From Lytechinus pictus (taxonomy: Eukaryota), in contig NC_087252.1 of assembly GCF_037042905.1 (NCBI RefSeq), forward strand, positions 7,070,001 through 7,134,000: a stretch of 64,000 bases of DNA, given 5' to 3'. Positions 36,184 to 48,235 of this stretch are shown piece by piece. Made by a program: the position numbers and the translations under genes. The notes beneath the pieces are model-generated. The model did no database searches, was not told the DNA's origin, and saw nothing but the letters and a program-made list of their open reading frames with translations. Numbering within the stretch: position 1 is the stretch's first letter; every line of letters begins with the position of its first letter.

Positions 36184-39100
36184 TCATCCATTGGAAAACT
36201 GGGCAAAACGAGCTGGAAAATGGACGCGGCGACCTGATCTGGTTGTCCGCACCGGTGGAGTAGAGGCAGTAGGAGTAGGTAGCGATGAAAATGATGCATG
36301 ATGTTGAATTGAATTGTCCATGCTTGTAGTAGATGGCAGATGGGCAACCTTGAGACGATCAACGCTGACGGAATCATTCTTCCCTTTCACATCCAAAATG
36401 AAAAACTTTGGCGTCCTACTAACAACTCTGTAAGGTCCATCATATTGCGGCTGAAGTGATGGCCGGACAGCATCACACCTGATAAATACATGCGAGCAAT
36501 CTTGCAAATCAGGTGGAACATGCGATGTAGTAGTTTGAGAACGTGTTCGTGCAGGGTTGATGTCAATCATATAGTTGCGAAGGCGATGAACATAGTCGCC
36601 TGGGTTGGAGAAAGAGTCCGGAGTCGTTGGTGCCACCAGCTGACCTGGAACCTTCAGTGTAGTTCCATACACCAGTTCTGCTGGTGTACATCCAAGATCC
36701 TCTTTTACCGTTGTGCGTATGCCCAAAAGTGCGATAGGCAAAAACTCTTGCCATTTGCTGTGATCAGATTGCGCTCGAAGTGCTGCTTTGAGCTGACGAT
36801 GGAATCTCTCCACAATACCATTGGCCGCAGGGTGATACGCAGTGGTGCGTGTACGAGAGCTCCCAAGAAGTGAAGTGAGTGCTTGGAAGAGTTGCGATTC
36901 AAACTGCCTACCTCTGTCCGTGGTGATGGTTGAGGGTGCGCCAAATCGGGAAATCCACCCATGCACAAGTGTCTTGGCGACAGTCTCTGCTGTAATGTCT
37001 GATATTGGGAAAGCATCGGCCCATCTTGTAAACCGATCAATACAGGTTAACATGTAACAATATCCATTTGACGAAGGCAATGGACCGACTAAGTCTACAT
37101 GAATATGACTGAATCTGGCGTCTGGCGCAGTGTAGGTTCCAAGTGGTGCCTTGATATGTCGATGGACCTTAGAGCGCTGGCAAGATAAGCATGAACGAGC
37201 CCACGTACGTATGTCCTTGTTCATACTTGGCCAAACAAAACGTGAAGTAATCATTGCTTGGGTAGAGCGTACACCAGGATGTGACATATTATGCAACGCT
37301 TCAAATACCATGCGGCGGTGTTTCTTCGGGACGTAAGGTCTCTCGTGGTCTGTAGAGACATCGCACCAAATCATTCCGTCGCTTGAAGGCCGTGGTACTT
37401 GCTTAAATGTCAGTGAAGTTGATTTCTGTATCTCTTCCCATTCATCATCAATTTGGTCGGCTGCAATCTGATCAAAATCAACAGTAAATGATGTGTGGAG
37501 AGCATCCACATGCAGTCGAGACAAGGCATCAGCTACTGTGTTGTCTACACCGTGTACATGCTGTATGTCTGATGTAAACTGCGAGATATAGTCTAGCTGG
37601 CGGATTTCTCTTGGAGAGTGACGGTCAGGCTTCGATCGCAAAGCGTAGGTCAATGGCTTATGATCTGTGTAGACTGTGAACTCGCGTCCCTCTAAGAAAT
37701 AGCGAAAATGGCGAATCGTGAGGTAAACAGCTAATAATTCCCTACCAAAAGTGCTGTATCTTATTTCGGTAGGTTTGAGTCGCTGTGAAAAGAACGCAAT
37801 TGGCTTCCAAATACCATCAGCGTACTGTTGAAGGACGCCACTGACTGCTACATCTGATGCATCAACCATCAAGTTAGTTTGGAGATCTGTCGAAGGATGT
37901 ACAAGCAAAGCAGCATTTGCAAGTTCCTCCTTCGCACGCTCAAATGCACTGATGCGCTCTTCCGTCCACTCAACTGCCTTGGTTGATCTCTTCGGCTGAC
38001 CACGGAGCATGTCGGTAAGTGGTGCGAGGATAGCTGCTGCCTTGGGGATAAATCGTCGATAAAAATTGACAAGTCCTAGAAAACGACGGAGCTGTCGAAT
38101 AGAAGAAGGACGAGCAAATTCGCGGATCTCCTCCACGCGCTTCTCGAGGGGTCGAATGCCATCTGCGCTAATGTGATGTCCCAAGAAGATGAGAGAGCTC
38201 ACACCAAACACACACTTGGCAGGGTTGATCACAATACCATACTCGTGAAGGCGAGCAAAAAGAAGTCGGAGATGTTCCTTATGCTCTTCCTCTGTTGCAC
38301 TAGCAACTAGCATGTCGTCGATGTACACAAAGACAAAAGGCAAGCCCCTGACCACTTCGTCCATCAAACGCTGGAAGGATTGGGCTGCATTTCGAAGTCC
38401 GAAAGGCATTCGCGTAAACTCGAAGAGTCCGAAGGGTGTGGTAATTGCCGTCTTCGGTATATCAGATGGTTCAACGGGTATCTGATGGTATGCCTTGATG
38501 AGATCTATCTTCGAAAAGATCTTCTTGCCATTCAATGATGCTGTAAAGTCCTGGATATGTGGGACTGGGTAGCGATCTGGTACAGTTCAAGCGTTAAGAG
38601 CACGGTAATCCCCACATGGGCGCCAATCACCTGGTGTAGATTTGGGAACCATGTGGAGCGGGGATGCCCAATTGCTACTCGACGGTCTAACGATCCCCAG
38701 TTCCTGCATATGTTCGAACTCAGAACGTGCTATCGTCAGGCGATCAGCAGCTAAACGACGTGGACGTGCGGAACATGGAGGTCCTGTCGTTACAATGTGG
38801 TGCGTAACAGAATGTTTGACAGCTTTGGGGCGATAGTCAGGACGAGTGATGTCTGGGTACTCCTTTAAGATGGCGTTATACTCATCACTGCCTGTAGTCG
38901 ATGAACGTGAAAACATAGGACTGACAGACTGCGTGTGAAGTGGAGCACGGATGCCGTCGATCGTGAGCTTTGTAGTGGAGTCAATAAGTTTTCGATGCCT
39001 AACATCTACAACCAGTCCAAATTCATCCAGGAAATCGGCTCCAATAATGGGTGTAGGAAGATCGGCAATCACGAAAACAAAACGAAAAGTCCTTCGAAGG

Positions 39101-39330
39101 CCTAAATCCAAAGTGATGGAGCGTTCACCATACGTACGAATGCGAGACTCGTTAACCGCTTCCAATGTGAACTCTGAATGTGTATGCCGTTGTCTGTCAA
39201 CTGCAGATGGCGTGATTATGCTGACTTCCGCTCCAGTATCTACCAAAAATTGAGTACCACTGATCCGATCATGAATGTAGAACAAGCGACCATTCTTATT
39301 CTTAGCACCAGCACGAGTCGTCGCTCTCAA
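36184..39330 (-). pseudogene. pol: Pol (PR-RT-RH-IN) with a single in-frame stop at 38587-38589
   Basis: ORFs 38587-39330 and 36184-38535 share a frame: FLVDTGAE...[26 protein letters not shown]...YIDD...DAS...HHCC, D-D35-E, GPY. Confidence 0.95.
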
Positions 39331-40217
39331 TCCCGGCTGGCTCTGTCGTTTCCCTGAGCATGGGTGTTGGAAGAAGGCTGTTGAGAATCACTCGAAAACA
39401 AAGAAGCGTGATTAAAGCTACATGGCGGTGTACACTTGCGAGCTTCTGCACCATGTTTCCAGTGATACCAACAGAGAGGACGCTTTTGACTGCTACTCCT
39501 GCTACGTTGTCTATTTGAATGAGTATTTGGACGTTGAGGGCGCCTATTTGGAGATCGACCACGTTCATGTTGAAGTTGCGTAGTCAATGACTGCACTTGA
39601 AATGTAAGTCTGTCTACTTGCTGTTGAAGTTGTGACAACTCTGAACTAGAAGTAGAAGACGAGGGCGAACTAACAGCAGAAACAGTACTTGTTGAACCAA
39701 TATCAATGATTCTATCAGCCAAGTCTGCCAACTGTGTCACCTTCATGTCGTCGCGGCTTGACGCTAGAATTGTCTGGACATGATGTGGAAGTCGCTGCAA
39801 AAATAATTGTTTGAAGATTGTTTCATCAAGATGATCACTTCCAAGCAGTTGTTCCATTCTACGTAATAACTGGGAGGGTTTTCGATCCCCTAGTTCCTCT
39901 TGGGTAAGTAGCTGGTGGAGTCTTTTCTGCTCCGAGACTGATGTCCTGCGAATCAACTCTGCTTTGAGGTGCGAGTACGGTGTGTCCTTAGGAGGGTTCA
40001 TTAAAATATCCCTGACTTCCTGCGCAATCTCAGGTTGAAGTGCAGACACAATGTACGCAAACTGAGTCTCCTCTGAAGTAATTCCCCTCGTCATGAACTG
40101 GGCTTGTACTTGAGCGAACCATACAGCGGGATCGTTCGGCCAGTATGGGGGAAGCTTTAAGGCGACTGCAGCGACATGCGATACCGCAGCAGCTGGATTA
40201 GCTGATTGTTGATTCAT
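39327..40217 (-). CDS. gag: Gag of Gypsy element 2
   Basis: LKLPPYW..P.VWF.Q..QF; LGDRKPSQLLRRM; CWYHWKHGAEARKCTPPC (CX2HX9CX3C), characteristic of CsRn1/Kabuki/Boudicca-type Gag. Confidence 0.95.
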   Translation of the reverse strand: MNQQSANPAAAVSHVAAVALKLPPYWPNDPAVWFAQVQAQFMTRGITSEETQFAYIVSALQPEIAQEVRDILMNPPKDTPYSHLKAELIRRTSVSEQKRLHQLLTQEELGDRKPSQLLRRMEQLLGSDHLDETIFKQLFLQRLPHHVQTILASSRDDMKVTQLADLADRIIDIGSTSTVSAVSSPSSSTSSSELSQLQQQVDRLTFQVQSLTTQLQHERGRSPNRRPQRPNTHSNRQRSRSSSQKRPLCWYHWKHGAEARKCTPPCSFNHASLFSSDSQQPSSNTHAQGNDRASRD

Positions 40218-40241
40218 GATGAAAATTGTTGCGTCTCGAAA

Positions 40242-40259
40242 ATCACGTCGGGGTCACCA
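40242..40259 (-). promoter_or_regulatory. Primer-binding site complementary to tRNA-Trp
   Basis: Plus strand ATCACGTCGGGGTCACCA equals the conserved 3' end of metazoan tRNA-Trp, 2 nt from the LTR. Confidence 0.9.
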
Positions 40260-40261
40260 AT

Positions 40262-40965
40262 TGTGGGAAATGAGAACTTTCTTAACATAAAAATATCTGA
40301 TTGACTCACCAGCACTGAGGTCCTCTATGCGAAGGCAAAAATGTAGAAAATCCAGTGGCGATTAATTCATCGGGATCCTTTAATGCGATGTCCATAAACA
40401 AGATAAATGCGAATGAAGAACGATGTCGCGATGAAGAACGACCGCGCACGTGAGGCCTCAGCGAAACGCGTCGCGAATAGGGTGATCGTGACACGAGATG
40501 TTCTCCTAGAAATATTACACGCTGTCCACTTGGATAACACAAGCGATGAATATATATTTACATATGTCCAAAATCAAAAGGATGGAAAATGAAGAACTTG
40601 AAATCCTGATGATGAAAAATAAATCCAAAGTAAGAGCTATTTGTTGTGTTGCAAAGTGGTGACTAGCAGAAATTGTACATGTCCTTTCTAGGTGAAGACT
40701 TTCTACCGCGTGTGTTGGAGTGTAAAAATTAACCATGAGGTTGCTCTCAGCTTAAATCTGATTGGCTAGTCGTTGCTAAGTGAGAAAAACATCCGCTTAG
40801 AGATAGACAGGAGAATCAAGTTGAATAGGCTAACTGAGAGGTGTTCCATGAAAAGAATTAATTAAGTTGTATTAAATCAGCTGTCTTTGCATGATCAATG
40901 TAAAATAAAGTGATCAAGCTCTGATCATGTTGAAATCAGTGTTTGATGAAAAGAAAACCACTACA
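40262..40965 (-). repeat. 5' LTR of Gypsy element 2
   Basis: TG...CA, 704 bp, adjacent to the PBS. Confidence 0.96.
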
Positions 40966-41151
40966 GTATCAAGGACATTAATTATAAAAAGAATCATAAT
41001 GTGAGTATATAGGATGACATATAGAATATTTTCTTGTTCATTCCATGGACCTGTAACTTGCTCACTTATAAAAGATTAATGATTTTGATACATGTCGACA
41101 AAATATAAAGCTGTTAAGACCTCTCAATCTCCTCACTGCTCTCAGACATAA

Positions 41152-42003
41152 TCAATCAGTGTATACTTGCCACACCCTGGATTCCTTCTTCTTGCAGTAG
41201 AGAACGACGTTAATCCCCTCGACGACAATCTTTGTTGACAATTTCTTGTGTTTCCTCAAGTTGTACGCAGTTTTCGCGAGGATGTTGCGACGATCTTTCA
41301 GGACTGGGGGCAAATCTGTACGTACAAAGATCCTTCTAGCTTCTTCTCCCTCTACTCTCGGGGGGGGGGGCGTTTGGATTCGAAGGTTGACAGAATTCTG
41401 TTGCGTTGGTGCATGTAGACCATCTTGGCAATAATTAGTTGGGGAATGCCCTCCGTCTGTCTCCTCTGGGGCAAGCGGTGGGCATTTACGAAAGCTACCG
41501 AATCCGCCTCTTCTCTCGTTAATCCAATGTAGACAAGCGTTTCCTTTAAGACTTCGTACACATTTTCTTCTTTTTTTCTGTTTGACCCCGTAGAACAGCA
41601 GATTACTCTTTCGTTGGTAAATCTCTGCCAGCATCATTTTGTCCTTAATTTCCTTCATTTCTTTCTGCATCTTCTGTTCGAGTTCGGGAATTGTTTTCTT
41701 CTATAGATTCAGTATGTGGGCGTTGCTGTCTTCTGCAGCTTTTTCTAAGTCGTTTACTTTTTTCGTAATTGCAGCAATATTCGTCTGAATATCGTCCAAT
41801 TTCTGACACACTTTTGTTGAGAACTCGGTGAAAGTCTTATGAAGGTCAACGAGAGTGAGGTTCGAATCCCCGGCCGGTTTCTCACCGCTGGGCACGGTCT
41901 GTTGGATCGTACTCCGGTCGTGCGAAGAACACGGGCGTTGGTTCGTTGAATCCATGCTTTCGGCAGACACGCCTTTACTTCTCAAATTGAATGTTTTGGA
42001 CAT
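41152..42003 (-). pseudogene. LINE ORF1 remnant (coiled coil + RRM, L1/Transposase_22-like)
   Basis: Joined frames give a coiled coil, then EIYQRKSNLLFYGV, AHRLP, IIAKM and IFVRTDLP...RRNIL; one stop and two frameshifts. Confidence 0.8.
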
Positions 42004-42249
42004 GAAAAACGAGAAAATGCCAGAAGGGATTACCCAAAAATGAATGTCAATGTCTAGAGTAAATTGCCAAGATGAAAAAGATTGATATTTCCGGATGACA
42101 CAGCTACTAATCCATTAAAAAGTGTGGTTTTCTGCGAGAGCTCACTAAACGGACACCTCACGCTAAGACGGCCATGTTGTTATATTAAAACATGAATAAA
42201 AGTGACAAAGAAAAATCATTTTTTATTTTAAAAAGACTGGATTCATTAA

Positions 42250-42406
42250 AGTTTGCGTGCAAAAGGGGTTAGGTCCACAATGATAATTTTTTAGTACATC
42301 GTGACGATTTAGTTTTTCATAAGAATATTGCATTAAGTGAGAATGAAAAACATGATTTTTCTTGAAATGGTCCAAAGTGGACCTAACCCCTTTTGCAACC
42401 AAACTC
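42250..42406. mobile_element. Small TIR element (MITE)
   Basis: AGTTTGCGTGCAAAAGGGGTTAGGTCCAC ... GTGGACCTAACCCCTTTTGCAACCAAACT; related sequence at ~22200-22405. Confidence 0.55.
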
Positions 42407-43593
42407 TTCATATGCATTTGACGTGTTGGGCCACAAGCATAAGGAACATATTAGCATTAGAGATTCGCTACCAAATACCAGACTATAAAGAGGTGTTATT
42501 ATAGATAAGGTCCTGATCCTCGAGTAGTTCAAGGCATTAAGATTGGTACAAAATAATATTTTGGTTACCAACCATATATTTGGTAGATTTTCGATGAAGA
42601 AAAGGGAGCGACGTATATTTTCAACATATCATTCCTCTTTTAAAAAAAAGGGGGGGATTGATCAAAATGTAATCATCGAAAAAAAAAAAATCAACTTCCA
42701 CATTCGGGTAGTCACGTAAAGATGTACATGCATATTACGTATAAGGGAATGAAATAGGGGGGAAATGACCCTTACAAGGATGGGATTATTGACGAATATG
42801 CCTATACGCTCTCACTCCCCTTTTCACTTGGAAAAAAATTCACAATTGTATTAGTTGCATAATCAATGGAAATAGTTATTTTACAAAATAAGATCCAAGG
42901 CACATACAGTTTTTACCAATATTCAGGTAAAACCAGTTGACAAAAATGATAATATGAATTTCTCTGTTTCATGAAGCATCTTCGCACTGGCGTAAATCCG
43001 GGGGGGATGGGGGATATATCCTCCCACACTTTTCGAGGAGGGGGGATTGCCTGTACAAACACCCCCCCCCCCCCACTTTTACCGTTTTACGAAAGAAATG
43101 AGAAAAAAACACAAGAGATAATTGTTTTATTGGTAAAAATTCTTCCTAATATACCGCTTAACAAATAAAACAATATTATTGAATCATAAAATGCAAATAA
43201 AGAGTCTGTTCACCATTTCCAAACGAAATACTTATGTCCTTATTATAACATTGAAGAGAGTTTCTTCCAATTCATCAATGTTGGGTTCTTTGGGAAGAGA
43301 TTAAGATGGAATGTCAAAAAAAATGTAGTTTGCGCGCGTATTCGCATTCCGATCATGCGTGGTGTATGTTCAGTTTTACCGCGCGAGGCTGTTGTAATGA
43401 ATTTGATGTAATGCATGTATGTTAGTTTGACTCCATTAAACTTGACAACTCGTAAAATGGAATATAGTTTTGGCATCATGTCCCAGTCCGGTTCAAAACG
43501 ACGTAAATTGAGCAAAATAACGTCTGTCTTCAGGAGAAGAGTTGAAGAGGATCCACAGGAAGATGTGGCAGAAAATGTCTCAAATGAGTCTAC

Positions 43594-43974
43594 TACCCCT
43601 TTCATTAAACCCAATTATGCGGATAATACCCGCATAATTTGGTCGTAAAATCGGAGCGGTACTAGAGTTATCCGCATTATTCCGATGCTACAATTATCCG
43701 CATAATAGCGGCATCGGGACCAGATTTTGAATTAATGAACGCATTTCCAAAGTAATGCGGATAATTGCCATGGTGCGGTCACAAGGTCACCCTTTTCCAA
43801 CACAACCCCATCGGAGGGGGTGTGCAGCTGCCATGGCAATTATCCGCCTTTTTCAGGTCGCGCGCTCGTAAAAAATAGTGCGGATTATTTTCGGAGTTTG
43901 TGAATGCATTTTTTATTGAATTATCCGCATTACTCTTAGGCGGATAATTGGAGGATGGGTTTATGAAAGGGGTA
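43594..43974. mobile_element. PIF/Harbinger-like MITE
   Basis: TACCCCTTTCAT...ATGAAAGGGGTA TIRs; 3-bp TSD TAC; internal ATTATCCGCAT/ATGCGGATAAT repeats. Excision restores the hAT reading frame. Confidence 0.85.
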
Positions 43975-45499
43975 TACAACTGCCAGTAAAGAAGAAGCCT
44001 CAACCTCCGAACCTAGCAGCGACCAACATGACCAGCAAGACCAACAAAGTGTCGACAAACCTGTGATTGTGAATGCCTTGCATCTTCATCATGACAAGCC
44101 AAATCATCCAGCATCTGCCAACACCCCTCCAAAAGAACGGAAAAACCAAAAAGTCTATTTCCAAGCAAATTTCCAGCGAATATGAGAAAAGTTTCTCTAC
44201 CTTGCGCCGGTTAAAGTCATGGCTTCGGAATACAGAGACTTTTAGGAGCAGTGAATGTGAACGACGTAGCAATCCTCTGATCGTTCGAGTCAACGTCGTC
44301 GTCTGCCCTTGTTCACTACAGATGCGAATACTTTTAGTCTAGGTGATTGGTGAAAAAAATGTTCAGAAAATGGTACAAGCATGAAAATCGGCACAAAGGT
44401 AGAGTAAGTTATCCTAAACATTTTTAGCAAGGGTTGCCAACGTGAGTTCACCAAACATAGCAACAGTTGCTAGGTAACATATCTACCTTAGTAACTGAGC
44501 TTAATTGAGCTTGAGTAACATTTTCACAGGCGATATGTAATACAAATTTTAATCTAAAGCATGTTCCTTTGTATCACAATAGTTTTGATCCATTTATTCA
44601 TAACAACGGTTGCTAAGTGACCCTCTTCCAGAGCAACGAATTCTTTATCTTAGTTCAGATCATTATGATTTACTCAGAATAGCTCAGAAATTAAATCTGG
44701 CCCATGAATTCCTCATGTGATGAATGTTTCCGTAGGTAGACACAATGAGCACCATAGCAACCGTTGCTAAGTAACATTTTCCACAGTAATTATTATAGGG
44801 TATCTTTTTCATATTTATAATTTCTATGAATCGCATCTTTTTTATTAAAGCATTAATACATTAATCACAACAACCCAAGAACAATACCATGTATACAAGC
44901 CCATGCGAAGTACCAATTGCTAAGTAATATGTTTTCTGTAGCAACCAATGGTTAAAGGCCGTAAAAGTAAAACCTTGCACAAATTAAACTACCTCATGAT
45001 ATGGTTCATATTTCCAAAGACGATGTCCATGGGTTCCATATTATTGGTATAATAATACCTATTGCAAGTTAAAAGAACCTCACCCATATTTATCCATTTG
45101 GAAACCATAATTGTTATGGATTAACCTAAACATATGTAAAAGATCGACCTTAGGAAAGAATTCCACAATATAAACATTTAGCAAGAGGTAACTCTTGTAG
45201 AAGAACGGTTACAAGAGCTCCCCAGGAGGTCATGGGTACTTACAACCTAAATATCTCTGAACTTGGAGAGACAAAAGAATGACCACCAAGAATTGATCGA
45301 GTCAACTAAGTTTAGAATTATTTCAAACACCAAAAACTTGCCAGAAGTTAATTTTCAAATGAGTGCTTGGATACCACTTTATCCTTTGCTAATAGTAGTC
45401 GGTCTCTTGAAAGCCAACACACTTTGCCTTGGTTTACCCACTCCCTTCGTAGTCTGCAATGAAGATCATATTAGTTCTCCATGCTATTCCCAAACCGAA

Positions 45500-47062
45500 T
45501 GCCACGTCCAGGAGTTGATTTTGACCAGGCGTTTTGACTAAGATCAATCCTGCGCAGCTGCGGGATCTATCATGACGTGAAAGATTTGTTAGAATCGATT
45601 GGGACCATTCAGTTCCATTCCTGGCCAGTTGGCCTGGATCCTGCAGCTACATTATCTATCATGACTTCTGCAGAAGTTGATTTGGACCTGTTAGTTCCGA
45701 TTCCATGTGTTTTGACCTAGAACAATCCTGCAGCTCCACGATCTATCATGACGTGACAGATCTTGCAAGTTGAAATTGAAAAGGTTTTATTAAAATTATT
45801 GCATTTTGCAGCCAAAAGGCTGAATTGCGTACAATTTGCATATATACTGTATATACATAGAGTGTACAGATTAAAAAACATCAAACTCGAAATGATGACG
45901 AAAATATAATGCAACTTAATATATTATGTATACTAAAAGGAAAAGATGAAGTAAAAAAAAAATACAATCACTGGTGGTGGTGGTGGAAGGATGCTTATTG
46001 ATAAACATCTTATTCAAACAATAAAAAACTTAGTTTTAAACAGGAACAAAAACGAAAGACAGGAGGGTGTCTGGGGACGAGCGAGCAGTCAAGTCCAATG
46101 CACAGCTCCAGCCAAGGATTGCTAATCCCACAACACCATTCAACCTGAGCAATGTAATTGGTTATTCAAATCCATCGCTCAGGTGGAACTTTGTAGGGTC
46201 AGCTAACTTCACCGGAGCTATGCATTAATAGGGCCGACAAACAATCACTTTCAAAACAAAACACACTCACATTGAGTTGATTTGGACCCGTCAATTCCGT
46301 TTCTATATAGGCATGCTGGCCTGGATCCTGGAGCTAAATGACTTGATCCTGCTGAAGTTGATTTGGACCTGTCCGTTCTTATTCCAGGTGTTTTGACCTG
46401 GAACAATCCTGCAGCTCCAGGATTTGTCATCACGTGAAAGATTTCGCAACTGTTGATTTGGACCAGCCAGTTCTGTTTTCAGGCGTGCTGGCCTGGATCC
46501 TGCAGCTCAGGGATCTATCATGACTTGAAAGCTTGTGCAGAAGTTGACTTGGACCTGTCCGTTATTTGTCTAGGTGTTTTGACCTGGATCAATCCTGCAG
46601 CTCCAGGACTTAGCATCAATTGAAAAAGCTGTAAGATTCGATTTAAACCATTCAGTTCCGTTTCCAGGCGTTTTGGTCTGGATCCTGCAGCTACATGATC
46701 CATTGTGACTTCTGCAGAGGTTGATTTGGACCTGTCAGTTCCTATTCCAGGTGTTTTGACCTGGATTAATAATGTAGCTCTGTTTACTATCATGACGTGA
46801 AAGATCTTGCTAGAGTTTATTTGGACTTGTCAGTTCCGTTTCTAGGCATGTTGACCTGGATCCTGCAGCTATATGATTGATCTATCATGACGCAATCCTG
46901 CAGAAGTTGATTTGGACCTGTCCGTTCTGTTTCCAGGTGACCTGGATCAATCCTGCATCTCCAGGATACATGACTTGAAAGCTCGTGTAGAAGTTGATTT
47001 GACATGTTAGTTCCAATTGCAGGCATTTGGCCGGGATCCTGCAGCTTCAAGATCGATCATGA
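45500..47062. repeat. Degenerate ~75-80-bp minisatellite
   Basis: Recurring GATTTGGACCTGTCAGTTC...GACCTGGATCCTGCAGCT...ATCATGAC units. Confidence 0.85.
45774..46274 (-). mobile_element. ~0.5-kb insertion in the minisatellite, probably a non-LTR 3' fragment
   Basis: AGTTGA duplicated at both sides; the minus strand ends in a CAGCC-TTTT-GGCTG hairpin, AATAAA and a short TTTCAA tail. Confidence 0.45.
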
Positions 47063-48017
47063 CTTAATATGTCTACATGTGTGCGCATCTGACTTTGTCA
47101 CCTACGTATGTGAAGCACTTGTGATATCAGGTTGGCTGGATGTGATCCATACTCGGCCACAGAACAGTAGCATGAAGTTTTGATATGCTTCTTCCTTCCA
47201 TATACCTCCAACTTAGATGGATATGATTCTGCTGATGGCACTACCACCTTGTCTCGCAATTTCATTTCCTTATGGAGATAAATGTTTCTTACACTTTGAT
47301 TGATGAACAATTAATTGTCCCACCGGAGAGGATGATGACTGTAACTTTCTTGATGTATTCCTCTGTTGCCTCTGATATTCTTTGTCATACTGCATAATTC
47401 ACAGTGGTCTTGCTTTCCCGTATTTATGATTAACCCAGACAGTCTTAACTTAAATTTTGGAATATATATATGCCCTATATACTTTGAGAAGGCATGTGCG
47501 ACACATAAAATGTACGTTCGATTAATTCGTTAGAAGTGTACCCAAAGTCCTAAGCTATTGGAAACCTACAGTGTAAATATAAATCATTTATTTTCCTTCA
47601 TCATCTAGAAACTATTGCAAAATATCATGTCAATTATGTAAATGACTCAAGTGCCCAGCATTATGATAAAATAAAAGAGATACATACAGTGGCAATTGCT
47701 TCTAGTAAACTTGGGATTAGAATCATTAGTTGGTGTTTTTTTAGAGATGCTCAAATATAATGGGCAAGAATGATGAAAGAAGTCATTCCAAGCAGGTTGG
47801 AACCAACACCTTTACATTGCTTTCCATTTTCCAACCATACTTTTTGATGACCTGGTACAACATACGATATCTTGCATATTACCGCTTCATCTTCATGATT
47901 TGTAGGATGCGGCGTTAATGATTAGTGTCAATTACAGAGATAACCATTTCTCTTAGAAGATTTGTTGTATAATCGACAAATGTACTGCTTCGTGACATAT
48001 TCACAAGTAGTACATGT

Positions 48018-48235
48018 ACAGTCGATGCTTGAAGCTGTTTCAGGTCTACTGTACATGCTATACAGTGAACAGACAGTCAATGATGCTTGAGGCTGTTTCA
48101 GGTCTACTGTGCATGCTATACATTGAACAGACAGTCAATGATGCTTGAGGCTGTTTCAGGTCTAGTGTCCATGCTATACAGTGCACATACAGTCAATGAT
48201 GCTTGAGGCCCTTTCAGGTCTACTGTACATGCTCT
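48018..48235. repeat. ~58-bp tandem repeat x4
   Basis: CAGTCAATGATGCTTGAGGCTGTTTCAGGTCTACTGTACATGCTATACA units. Confidence 0.9.

Larger units (their letters stand above)
35399..40965 (-). mobile_element. Ty3/Gypsy LTR retrotransposon, CsRn1-like clade, full length
   Basis: 704-bp LTRs (35399-36102, 40262-40965), TSD GTAT (35395-35398, 40966-40969), tRNA-Trp PBS, PPT AGGAGGGGAG at ~36106-36115, CHCC-type Gag finger. Confidence 0.97.
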
